From the NCBI GenBank assembly GCA_002633005.1, contig NMRA01000076.1, positions 124,001 to 188,000 on the forward strand: 64,000 nt of DNA. The letters are read 5' to 3'. Positions 36,246 through 48,445 of this stretch are shown in pieces. A program made the position numbers and the translations under genes. Each line of letters opens with the position of its first letter. Within the stretch, counting starts at the first letter, position 1. Source of the DNA: Phoronis australis. Lineage: Eukaryota > Animalia > Phoronida. The notes under the pieces are model-generated. The model was not told the origin of the DNA and searched no databases. It saw only the letters and a program-made list of their open reading frames with translations.

Positions 36246-39200
36246 TCATATCTCTTGAGCAGCGCCACTGTCCGACGTTCGACTCGTTTCCCCATCACCT
36301 TCCCTTTGGCTTGATTCCTGGTCGGCTAAAATCAAATGATAACATCTCATAAGCCAATTGACATTTCAGTCCACATTCATTTAACTATGTAGAGTTACCT
36401 ACAGCCCTGGTCCTTAAATAAGCACTGTTTCGAAACTGCGCAAGGCAAAAGCCACTTAAAATCACCATGATTGTTAAATAAGCCTGGGGGTCAGTAATAA
36501 GCACTAGGAGTGGTATTCAAGACTAAATGTGAAGGAACTACTTACTCGGAGCGCAAGTCACTCTGTTACTGGATAGCACAGGGCCTACTGTATGCTAGTC
36601 AACACAATTAAGGCATGGAAATTAATGAATGGATGGGTTGGAAGCGTTAAAAAATCATGAGACACACAACAGTTGTTATAAAAATATATGTAACATGCAC
36701 TCTCTGGATATGGTTGCCAAGTGAAACGAACTCCATTCAAAACATTATCTATTCATAAAAACTTACCAAACAAACCATGCGGTTGGTAATAAGTCAACAG
36801 TAAGTGAGTTCCCAGTCAGCAAAACGGGCAGGGTTTTAAAAAAGCCCCAATTTTGGAATTAAATGGCTTTGGGAAAGTAAGCTCAAGTGTGCCAATACGT
36901 GACACAACTGATTGGCTCAGTGTTACCAACTTACTTAGCAGATCCACTCAAAATACGCGCACTAATCAATGCATTTTACAATTTATTTTAACTCAAATGC
37001 AAAAATGAGTACCCTCAGCAGGGTAGTGGAGGTCGTGGAAAAGATGTGCCAAGGGTCAGTATTGGTGACAGACAAGTCTTTAAAAAACAGAATAAGGGGA
37101 ATGAAAGATCATGAGGGACACTTATTTGCAGAACAGGCCACCCACCAATGCTAGGTCGAATGTGCAACAACATCATTGTGCCCTCCCCCTTGGACATCTG
37201 GAGGAGGGCAAGGAATGACCAGATGACAATAAAAAGGAGCCTACGTGCACATTATTCACCTAAAACTGTCCTCAAGATGCCCAGGCAGTGCCTGTCTGGA
37301 ATGTTTCTGATTTTTTCTGTACTTGTGAATAATCTGGACAACTTTTAGTCTTGAGCATTGCCTAGTGACATAGCTTTTGACCATATCGGGTGGGACCAAT
37401 TACACACTGAATCTTTTTAGCATTTAATTAGTGGCTCTGGCCAGGGGTTTACTCAAGAGAATGGTGATGAATGGTGACATGATCAAGATGTCTGGACGTC
37501 ACAGATGAAGGTATATCTGTCTGTGGAGGAACAATGCCTAAAATATGGACACATCTCTCACAGATGATGTCTCTTACCTGGTGTTTCTTCTCTCGGAGGC
37601 TCTTGGGTTCTACAAGTGTTGTATGAGGCACAATGCTGACATTTCAACCCAACGACATGAAACTGAACCCTACTCTCCTGCAACAAGACGAAGTAAGGTG
37701 TTAAACCCACACACACTAGCCCCTGGGTATCTAGAAACATGGTGTTAAACTCATTTGCACTAGCCTCTGTGTACATAGAAGTCTATGTTAAACCCAATTG
37801 GCACTAGTAAGCAGGGTCAAAACAAAGTATTTAACTCAGAAACGCACCCCCCTCATATATACGCCTGAGGTAGAGCATGAGAAACATTCTCCTGTTTGGG
37901 ACAATGAAAAATTACCTATTTTGTTCGATATTAGAGCATAAAATGATCTCCAATAAAGTTGATATTATCTGATTTGACAGTCACTCACATTCACCCTGGG
38001 CCGCTAAAAAGTTATTTAGAAATTTGATGAATGCCAAGATCGGTTATGTCCCAATCTTCAAAATAGGGAAAATTCAATTTCGGCTTGACTTTCAGTGTTT
38101 CAAATTGTAGAGACCTTTGCCGCACTATAATACTTTTCAGCAGCATATGTGGCTGCACGCAAAAAACAAAACTAAGATTATCAATGTGTTAACGTAATAA
38201 ATACACACTGTACATGCAGTAGTTTTGGTAGCAAACATTTTAGATTTTGGCCAGTTGGACCAAAGGAGGAAAACGCTGAGCAATTCACATGAACCCTCAG
38301 TTAATTTTAACTCCTGTGTAGAGCTCTTTCCAGAAATTGTAAGAAACAGGATTTTAAGGAGCCTGCCGATCACTATGACCACAATAACTGAGCCTAAGAA
38401 ACACTCATTTGGCGATTGTCTTTTACCTCATTACAGTCGCGGCACAATATTTGAACTTGAAAATCTTTGTACTCCTCTGGCATGGGTGTGGCAGCAATCT
38501 CATTGTCCAACTCCTTCCAAAACGAGGACAGATCCACCATACTCTTGGAGCACAGTGGACATGCATAGTTTCTGCAGCAAAAGGGACAAGTGATACACTG
38601 AGCCCAGGTAGTTCCATCGTGATCATTTGATCCACAGTAATGTATCCTAGATTTTTGATAACACACAGTTCATTGAACTGGCATTCCCAACCATAGGTTG
38701 CTCATCGGGAGCACATGACGCAAATTTTCGGGAACATAGACGTCTCAGAAGATTTCCCTCCTCTCATCTCTGATCACTACCATCCTCACTCGCAACACCA
38801 ACTTCAACCTCCCCCTCCCCCTCCCCCCAGTCATCAGCTTCACAGACTGGAGTTTTTGAATTTGCTCCTGGACTGCACATTCATTTTTGGCCATCCTTAA
38901 AATATTTCATTTCCCCTGACTCCAATCTCTTCCTCTGAGATGGGTAGGTAGGTAGGTAAGATATATATTACCACTGACATAATAATAGAACTGTAGCACT
39001 GAAATGCCAGCACGTGACCAATGTATTCTATTATTAGAGCTTGCGACCCTGAGACTGGGCGCAAGAGTTTGCACTGAAAATTTCCATCAGTCTGTCGACT
39101 GAGTTTTGATTGAGTGTTACAGTTATCAAATCAAGCCAGATTTCATTATTTCATTTTCATCTCGACAATTTTGTTCATCAAGCGAGACTCTTGAGCTGTC

Positions 39201-42200
39201 AGTTCTATACAACCAACAATTTCGCAACAAAATTAGTCAATAAACCAAATAATTACATTGGCCATTCTTTATAGTACCCATGGCCCAGGCTGGATACCGG
39301 GAATATTCTGGTCTCTGATATCTTTATCTCTAATCTTAGAAATTTCAATACCATATCAAACTCCATGCTGGGAGTTTTTCAACAAGATATTTTTGGGTAA
39401 CAAAGGGCTTTCAAATAATATGACTCTCATGCAATGCGTTTGAAAAACAGCCGACTTGCGAAAAGTTTTGGTGACTTTAAACTCCATAGGAATAACCAAC
39501 ACTGGAACAAACCAATGCAAACAAATGCCACGCATGTGCAGCACAGCATCGTGAGATCAAAGTTGGCATTCCAGGACAAGAGTTCTATAATATAAGTGAT
39601 ATAGTTAGATCGTTTCTCATATCCACCTTTCATGGCATGTGTACTCAAATAAAAACACACCATTGATGACACAATCACGTTCCGAGAAATGTGGTCATGC
39701 AAAACTCCAAATATTACACACTTGTGGCAACTTGTTAAAATTACTTAGTAGGTAATGCCGACTGGCATTGCATTAGATGGAGCCTTCCCTTAAGGTTGGA
39801 GATTATTGGTTCTAAAATTCTCACAACACCCAACAAAATCACACATTTTAGAAACTTTCAACTGAACACTTGCTGAAGAAATGCCGAAACACCTGGAATG
39901 TGTGGAATGTTATGGTAAAAATTCTCCAATTTGCAACGGTGAAAAAATTAATTATTTTGCTCAAGGTCGGAGCTTGTCCCAAATTGTAGAAATAGGCAAT
40001 ATTGTCCGTCTCAAATTCAAGAATTTCAGGCCTGGAAAAGTAAGCATATTAATACCTACTATTTGGATTGAAAACACATGCTCTGAAATTTGAGAAATGT
40101 GGTGAATGCGAAATTCGCCCTTGTCCCAAATTTCAGAATCAAGAAAATTCATTTTTGTGGGAGTTTCTATGTTTGAGATTCTGGAGATTGTCTCCAATAG
40201 GAGAATTTTTAATGTTACTTTCAACTGTTTGCAAAATTAGTTTTTCCTTAGTTTTTAAAGTACGTAATCCACAGCATCATTCCTTTATCCACTGATCTGG
40301 CCGGTTGTCTATACTCACCCAGTTTTCAACATTTGATTAAAACAGGATCTGAAAATGGAAAAAAGTAGGTCAACCTCATATAACATAATCTCCATGCAGA
40401 TGCAATCCCAAAATAATGACAACTAGCAGTACATGTACGTGGTCAATGAGTGAGCTTTCTTTTAGTTCACAGAGGAGACATAGCAATAAACTAACGTCAA
40501 AAACTATGAAAAAAGGCTATGTGGTGAAGTAGATAATCCACTCTGTCAATAGTTTGCCTATTCACCACGGCAAGTTGAGTGCAATGAATGCCACCGGTCA
40601 TGCATGACAGTTGGCCATTGCTCAGTGAAAGTTTCTCGACTGCTGAATATGTTGGGCATTCGTGATATATTTTGATGAAGTGAAATGAAATGCAAAGCTC
40701 CAAAGAGATAGTTGTCGCCCATTTAAAAGCACACAGAAGCTATTTTATGTTAATTTTACTATCACTGTTGCATTGTAATAACTTAAATACTACTGCTAGT
40801 GGTACCCACATCTATTTCAAGTCAAAGCTGAAAACAAGTTTTGTTACATTTCACAAAACCCTACAGGTGGTAGTATACTAACGATATTACCTGTGTATCA
40901 GATGACTACAAGGCGGGACCATGAGTGAAGTGCGGGAAGTGTGAAGATCTTCAAGACACACTGGACACTTTGTGTGGGACATCTTCTCAACACACTGGAA
41001 ATATTGTGAAACCAACATACTTTACAAGCAGTAGTTCTCAGACAATGGGTCTTGCCATAGTCGTAACAAAATGCGTGTTGCAGACGAAGAGCTATGTGCT
41101 CAGCCAGCAGCCTCACACATCAGTGAGCTGAGCACATAGACAAGTCAGTGTGTGAAAATAAGACAACATCTGAATGAAGCAGCCCAACTGGAACATTTAA
41201 TATACCCCTTTCCTTTGTTACTGGTATCGAGCTATTTGCTCAGCTTATTGGCACTCTAGGCAGCTAACTGAGTCCATAGAACTAAGTCTGTACCACACTT
41301 AACAACCAACCAAAAGTAAACATTGTGTAAAAAATCGCAGAAAAACTGTTGAATGTTATCAGCAGCAGTTATAAAATTAAAGTTGACGATATTCCTTATG
41401 GACGAAAATTACCGAAATTTCGAAGCAAAAATATTCCGCTAATTTTCAAATGAATTAGTGTTATTCTTTGCCTGATTTTCTTTTGAGTTTTTGCTGTAAC
41501 TATAATTAAGTCAGATGAATTTCAACGAAAATTGTCAACTTTTTGGAAAACAACTGCAGTATGAAATACTAAAAGAAAAAAGGATAACACCTCCAATCAT
41601 ACATTTCACAGAATCAGAATGACGGACTTTTTCTGCTCTGCACCTGAATCACTTTGAAACCTGCGCCTCAAAGCTGAGATCAGTTGGAGCTAAAAAAAAA
41701 TAAAAGGAAATCCATCTACTTCAGCTGGCATCAGACAACTTGCTCTTTTTGAAAATATGGACAACTAAAAATATTGCACTACTACGCCAATTAAGCAAAA
41801 AAAACATGGATGAGAACCAATTTTGCCATCCTCTTTTTTCTAAATGCTGCTGCATCAGCACAACAAACTTCAAGAATACTATAACACCAGGTACACACCT
41901 TGTGCGAGTCTTTGTTGGACACTGCCAGACACATGTCACACTTGGAACAGTGAAAGAAGTTGTCACGACCTCCAACCCTGTGAAAAATTACAGTCAAACA
42001 ATAAGACACAACAAATACTACAGAACCATGTTACAGCAAATCGCACATGGCGTCTTGACATCAAACCATCCAATTCCCCAACTTGTTAACAGACATGTTG
42101 TTTTTGGTGCAAACATGTATGTGCTGCCACAAATGAGACCAACATGGGTTGTTAGCACTTTAATCACTCAAACAGTAACATCTGCATGCCTTGGTTAAAT

Positions 42201-45200
42201 TCTGTAAATATCTGTCACTAAATTTAACTGTACAGTAGCACATTTGTGAAAATAATTCATGAATACTTTTAAACTCGTAACCTAAGCTGCGGTTGTCCAA
42301 GGGGAGTAAATCAAAGGGAGTCAAAACTCAGTGACACAAAAAATTGCAACAACTATTGAACGTACAGAGATTTTGATTTCTTTATCTTTTTGTATAGTAG
42401 ACATTTCTTGTGATGTAGGTTTTTAACTTCAAAGCAAAAAAGTAATTTTTGGGTCGCCCGCTTTGTATAGTCTCGAACCCTTAATTCAGAAAAATCACTT
42501 ACAAGTAAGAGCTAAATCGCCTATAAATATCGCAAAAACCAGAAAATTTCGATACAAATCACTTGAATTAAGGATATCATTGCCTGTGTGGGCATTAAAC
42601 GTTTTTGGCACTGACAACAGGCAAATGTGTCATCACCTCACCTCACATCACACTTAAGCCAGTGTAGCCTTTGACCCATGGTCAGTATTAATAATGGGTG
42701 AAATGGTGTACGAATATATCAGACAGAATTACGGTCTCTAAAATATTGACCCTCATTAATTCAATCAGCTTGAAACCATTTCAAATGTAATGAAATTACA
42801 AAAACATTCATCTAAAAATGTAGAATATACAATATTGGGAAGTTTTAAAACAGAAAATGAAAGAAACTCATGTGAGATATTTCTTACATTAATTGTTCAC
42901 ATATCCAAGATCCATTACCCCTATGTCCACAGCCGCGCAAATTGGCTTGCAGAAGCGCTCGAGTGACACCCACTTTCAACACAACAAAAACGGGCTTCCA
43001 GATTTACCTCCCTCTCACAAGTTGAATGAAGCAGAAATTGCTTGTACCAAGTTTCTTTTAAAGTCCTCCTTCTTAATCCCATTATAGGTTTTCTCTCATT
43101 CTTAGACTGAAAGCCGATTTGATGAAATTTTAACCTTTGGTAATTCCAGGATTAGAGTTGATAATGTTTTTACCAAAACTGTATATTATCTTCCTTAGTT
43201 TAAACTATTTTGGGTCCTATTTAGTCTTGAAAGGATAAATGCAAGGTCTGGGCAAACATAACCATGAAACTGCGCAAAGTATGCCGATTGTGATCATACT
43301 GACCTGCACAGACCACAACCATCGCAATGAAACTGACCCTTGTCACGGTCGTCAAATAACCGACACAGTGAACAGAAGTAGTTGCCGAATATGGTCTTAC
43401 ATTTCACACACGACTTCCTCACCTGCAAGCAAAATGTGCATCAAGTACCTTTCCCTTCATATTTGTAACAATGTCGCCCAACAATCCACCCCACTTGAAC
43501 AAATACCGGCGCGATATAACCTACTCAACTGTGTTATGAACCTCAACAGACCAGTATTTTACCACCTGGGTAAAACTATTATGAATGCCACCTTGGCAAA
43601 ATTTTGGCGAAACAAATCCATTTCAATTCTGGCCACATTTCAGTAAAAAAACTTAATGAATTAGTGCAATAACACCAAATTTATTATTGACTAAAGTTTG
43701 ACAACAGCACCGCTTTGTCGTAACAGAAATAAGGTAAACAAACCTCAACAGGCATGTTTTTTCTGCTTAAGACATTGAAAATCCTTACATTCCTTAAAGA
43801 CGAAAACAAATGTGTTTGATGTTACTATACATAAAAATAATATTCCCTGGTTATTTTAGAGAGGTATTTTTCAGCAGTAATTATTGTCCCCTTGTCACGA
43901 ATTCGCGACGCTGGTTGCTTCTCACGTGAAATAGGTTTGAAAGAAAAATATCAAGACACAATTGTTCTGTTTTATGTTGTAAGTTCACAACACCCCTGCC
44001 CTTCAACAACAGCAGAATGACATAAATGGCCCACCATACGGCCCGCCCACCATACAGCCGGCCCACCATACGGCCGGCGTCTTGTGAGGACATCCACATC
44101 CATTGAGCAAACACAATGGCCGACACAGACCTCGTATAATAGTGAGGCGACTGGAAGTGAATGCAGACACAAGACACCACAGGCCTCTTGGTCGGCCATT
44201 AAATTAAGATGTCACTGTTCTAACTGTTACTTCCTCAGTGGCAGAGGGCCCAAGAAATCCTAATCAAAGCTGAAAAATTTCTCTCCAAGAAAACCACAGA
44301 TTATCATAAAAAGTACCATCAAAATTGCTGATGTCGCCTTCTTAGAAAATTAAAATGACCAAACAGTCTCATTTAATTAGCAGAAGAATTTTCTTTCGCC
44401 AATTAAAATTCAAAAAATACGACTAATCTCCCCCATTTGCCCATGATTGACTCAGCTGATCGTGTTTCACAAACCAACACCGGCAAACCGGACAGGGTGT
44501 GTGACAACTTTTTGGTCCAATATGGACCAATATGTCCTGTTCATGTATAAAAAGCTTCATTATATGAAGATTCCATCACTGAGGTGAAGGATGAACAGGA
44601 CTTCTTTAAATTTTCTTGTAGTAGACCCCCAAATCTTCCAGAGGCTCACTTATGGCCAATTTTGATTAGGGCTTGACAGTTATTTGGGGGTCTTATTCCA
44701 AATTTCTAAGGTATCCGATTTGGTTTTTCTGTCAAATGTGGTATATGCTAGTCACTTACAGACTGCCGTGTGGTGCAAATGCAGCACACAATATCGTTCA
44801 CAGCAGTTCTGTCCAATGTGTGGGTTTCAGCTTCATCATGACAAACTCTGCACAGGTACGTCTTACTGCAGCATGGAGTCTGAAATTTCCAAGAGATGGC
44901 AGACAATCTGAAGACAGCCGATTAACACAGTGTGTACACAGATGCAATGGTACACTTAATTAAATTTTTAACAGTCAGATCGCACTTAAGAGAGTGTAGG
45001 CAAATAATTTTTTAACACATTTTATACGAACCAAATTCGGAACAATATTAAAAAGAAACTACCCTAGAGAGGTTGGGGTAAAAATAAAACAGATGTTTGA
45101 ATCTTAAATTTTTTAAAAAGAGTCGAGATAATGCAACTTGAAGGTCCGTGGAGATGTTGGGAACTTGAAAAAAGGAGGGATAACAAGTTAGCGTAAAGTG

Positions 45201-45372
45201 CATTTTTACCACACAATAAACTAAGTGCAATTAGAAAATCAACAAGAAATATTACAACAAATAAACATCTTCTTTTATAATGTTGACATCCATAATCATC
45301 ATCGTCGTCTTTTACGTCAACATCTTCCGTGTCACTTGAAACATCCGAATCTACTTCAATGTCTAAGCTCAT
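36246..45372 (-). CDS. RCHY1: RING finger and CHY zinc finger protein 1 (Pirh2) E3 ubiquitin ligase, about 297 aa in 9 coding exons
   Basis: Exons 45372-45256 (…YGCQHYKRRCLFV), 44879-44760 (TPCCSKTYLCRVCHDE), 43422-43304 (FGNYFCSLCRLFDD..FHCDGCGLCR), 41977-41899 (VGGRDNFFHCSKCDMC), 40994-40891 (CPVCLEDLHTSR..PCSHLIH), 40348-40319, 38571-38427 (YACPLCSKS..TPMPEEY..ILCRDC), 37677-37578 (FHVVGLKCQHCASYNT), 36325-36246 (tail, TGA). Total 894 nt, in frame. Domains: CHY, CTCHY, RING-H2 and zinc ribbon. Confidence 0.97.
38016..38088 (+). repeat. ~75-bp dispersed repeat, four copies (also ~40089-40156, ~50137-50208, ~51856-51929)
   Basis: Consensus-like TTTGAGAAATRTGATGAA...TGTCCNAATYTTCAGAATCAAGAAAATTCAWTTTC in all copies. 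Confidence 0.7.
39035..39400 (+). repeat. Interspersed repeat, copy 2 (see 2420-2800), in an RCHY1 intron
   Basis: Starts TAGAGCTTGCGACCCTGAGACT and is colinear with the copy at 2420. Confidence 0.8.
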
Positions 45373-45528
45373 CACTCCAGTCTCCCTAAAACCAGAGAGA
45401 AGTAATTAGTTTTTGAACTTTTAACTTTTAAAAAGAAAAGAACGAGTGGACAGGTTAAAGACAATAAGTTATGCTTTGCAAGAATGTGTGATTAGCAGAC
45501 CGAAACAAAGAAGCAAGCAAAATTATCC

Positions 45529-45588
45529 AATAATAATAGTAATAATAGTAACAATGGTAATAATAATAATAATGACAATAACAATAAT
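45529..45588. repeat. Imperfect (TAA)n microsatellite
   Basis: aataataatagtaataatagtaacaatggtaataataataataatgacaataacaataat. Confidence 0.85.
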
Positions 45589-45995
45589 GTCCCAGCATGA
45601 AGTCAGCCCTTCACAAACAACATTCTGTGGAACAACTCATTACCTGCAAAAACATTACCTGTGTGTGCTAATTGCAAGGCATTTATGAAATGAATCAAAA
45701 CACAGATATGAGTGACCCCCCCCCCCCCAGGGTATTGAACTTATAAGGTAGATTCCCAATGCATAAAAAAGATTTTCTTGCCGCAAGTGCGAGTTAATGT
45801 TTTGCGGTCAACTGAATCTGCTTGTAAAATAACATGGTAGTGCGAGACGGCACTCAGTCCATGCTAGTATCAACTGTCGGGCCACAGGCACCTTTAAGTA
45901 GCTCTCTGGTAACATATAGAGAGCTACTTAAAGGTGCCTGTGGTCGGGCTGACGACTGGTTCTTCCCATGATTTGTGAGTCACTGTGACTGACAC

Positions 45996-46888
45996 NNNNN
46001 NNNNNNNNNNNNNNNNNNNNNNNNNNNNNNNNNNNNNNNNNNNNNNNNNNNNNNNNNNNNNNNNNNNNNNNNNNNNNNNNNNNNNNNNNNNNNNNNNNNN
46101 NNNNNNNNNNNNNNNNNNNNNNNNNNNNNNNNNNNNNNNNNNNNNNNNNNNNNNNNNNNNNNNNNNNNNNNNNNNNNNNNNNNNNNNNNNNNNNNNNNNN
46201 NNNNNNNNNNNNNNNNNNNNNNNNNNNNNNNNNNNNNNNNNNNNNNNNNNNNNNNNNNNNNNNNNNNNNNNNNNNNNNNNNNNNNNNNNNNNNNNNNNNN
46301 NNNNNNNNNNNNNNNNNNNNNNNNNNNNNNNNNNNNNNNNNNNNNNNNNNNNNNNNNNNNNNNNNNNNNNNNNNNNNNNNNNNNNNNNNNNNNNNNNNNN
46401 NNNNNNNNNNNNNNNNNNNNNNNNNNNNNNNNNNNNNNNNNNNNNNNNNNNNNNNNNNNNNNNNNNNNNNNNNNNNNNNNNNNNNNNNNNNNNNNNNNNN
46501 NNNNNNNNNNNNNNNNNNNNNNNNNNNNNNNNNNNNNNNNNNNNNNNNNNNNNNNNNNNNNNNNNNNNNNNNNNNNNNNNNNNNNNNNNNNNNNNNNNNN
46601 NNNNNNNNNNNNNNNNNNNNNNNNNNNNNNNNNNNNNNNNNNNNNNNNNNNNNNNNNNNNNNNNNNNNNNNNNNNNNNNNNNNNNNNNNNNNNNNNNNNN
46701 NNNNNNNNNNNNNNNNNNNNNNNNNNNNNNNNNNNNNNNNNNNNNNNNNNNNNNNNNNNNNNNNNNNNNNNNNNNNNNNNNNNNNNNNNNNNNNNNNNNN
46801 NNNNNNNNNNNNNNNNNNNNNNNNNNNNNNNNNNNNNNNNNNNNNNNNNNNNNNNNNNNNNNNNNNNNNNNNNNNNNNNNNNNNNNNN
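45996..46888. other. Assembly gap between the 5' ends of RCHY1 and the SVWC-ShK gene
   Basis: N run followed by poly-C and CCTAAATCCGCCTATG (probable MITE end). Confidence 0.99.
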
Positions 46889-47620
46889 CCCCCCCCTAAA
46901 TCCGCCTATGTATTGAGATTGTTTACGTTATGTGTGGTTTAAGTGGTATAACTTAAACCACACATAACGTTAAAAATCTCAACACTCACATTTATCTGTA
47001 CATTATAAATGCAGATGACGAAGCACACAATACTTTTTGTAACTACCCACCAAAATCCGAAAAATCCATAAAATCACGCCTGCTCACGCAGACTTCTAAA
47101 ACAGAACAGACCAAGCGCACATGACCAGACTCGATCACACACGGACAACCTCGGTGGTTTCTTTTATTTGACAACATAGGTGTAGGTACAGTTGGTATGC
47201 GAGGGAAAAATAGTTTGTACACATATCTGCATTCTTTGGTAAAAAATATTTCGTACGTGAAACGCCAATTGAAGGTAATCGGTTCCTGTGTTTCTTTTAC
47301 AACTAACTAGTAACAAGCTCTCAAGTAATTGCACGTACTGACTGAGTACATGAAAGACTGCCGCAGGTCCAGACATGCAGCAGTGACCACCCTCTCTACT
47401 GGCACTGCCAGTAGAGATGGTGGTTAGTGTCTACTGCAGGTCATGTTTGCGACTTGAAGAAAGTTGGAAATGCGAGCCGAGAGTTTGAGCCCCCTAGCTC
47501 GTATCAAGCGAATCAAGTTTTTACAGTCAGCAGATACCTAGGAAACATTAAGTGGATCCAGTCATTATTGGTTGGTGACAAATCATGTTCAAAAGAACAC
47601 TTAACAGGGAATAGTCCTCA

Positions 47621-47739
47621 GTAATAGTCAGATACATGGGTCCCTGATTTGAGAACCAGTTACTCCCACTGTTTTTCAATGGTAATGACTGGTTCTCAAA
47701 TCAAGTTTAAATCAGGGACCCACCCATCCAACGTATTAC
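47621..47739. mobile_element. Palindromic MITE copy
   Basis: GTAATAGTCAGATACATGGGTCCCTGATTT.GAGAACCAGT...ACTGGTTCTCAAATC...AAATCAGGGACCCA...TATTAC. Confidence 0.75.
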
Positions 47740-48445
47740 CCAGTCCTTTAATTGACTTATAAACATGGTGGGTGGACATTGGATAATTCAGAATCCATCG
47801 TGTTTCAGGCTAGTGTTTTTTGACTGTTTTTTCAAGTTTCTGTATGTCCCTAAAAACGTTTTGGATCATGGTGTAATTAATACGTGATAAGATGTCACAA
47901 AACAAATGTTTTTACTTATTCTTAAGCGATCAACTTACCAAAAGTTTGTTGTGAAAAATATTTTTCATGTTAAGATGTGCTGATTGCCTATAATTACTAC
48001 ATCAGTGACACTGTCTCATTGCGGCACTCAGGACGGCCCCAGAAGACTATTGTGACTTCAAAAAACAGCTTTTTTCAATGTGTATCACAACATACAGCAA
48101 ACATGGAAATGAAACAAGATTTTGTAATGGAATAATTTCGTAAAGTTAAGTCTGTATACCAGTAAAGAATTTATAACAACCGCTATATTTCTAATTATAA
48201 CATAAATGAAAAATGTGACAAAATGTCCGATATTTAGGTCGCTTAACTGTAACTATTTATTAAACTAATGACTGCGGTCATCACCAGACTAAGAATCTCA
48301 ACTTTTTTCACGACACAAGGTACAACAAACAGGTTTGGCATTAGTAACAGCAGTCATATGTTGGTCCTCTGTCAATTCCGGGCTGGTTGCCTAGCAACAT
48401 GTGGAACCAGTTACACTATGATGTTTTTTTTCAGGAACAGAGGTG

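Noticed and set aside
43881-44199. Cys/Trp-rich ORFs inside an RCHY1 intron
   Set aside because: No domain pattern; the flanking RCHY1 exons already join in phase, and the region has a short local repeat (GGCCCACCATACGGCC).
45985-46899. 304-aa ORF
   Set aside because: It is entirely the N gap.
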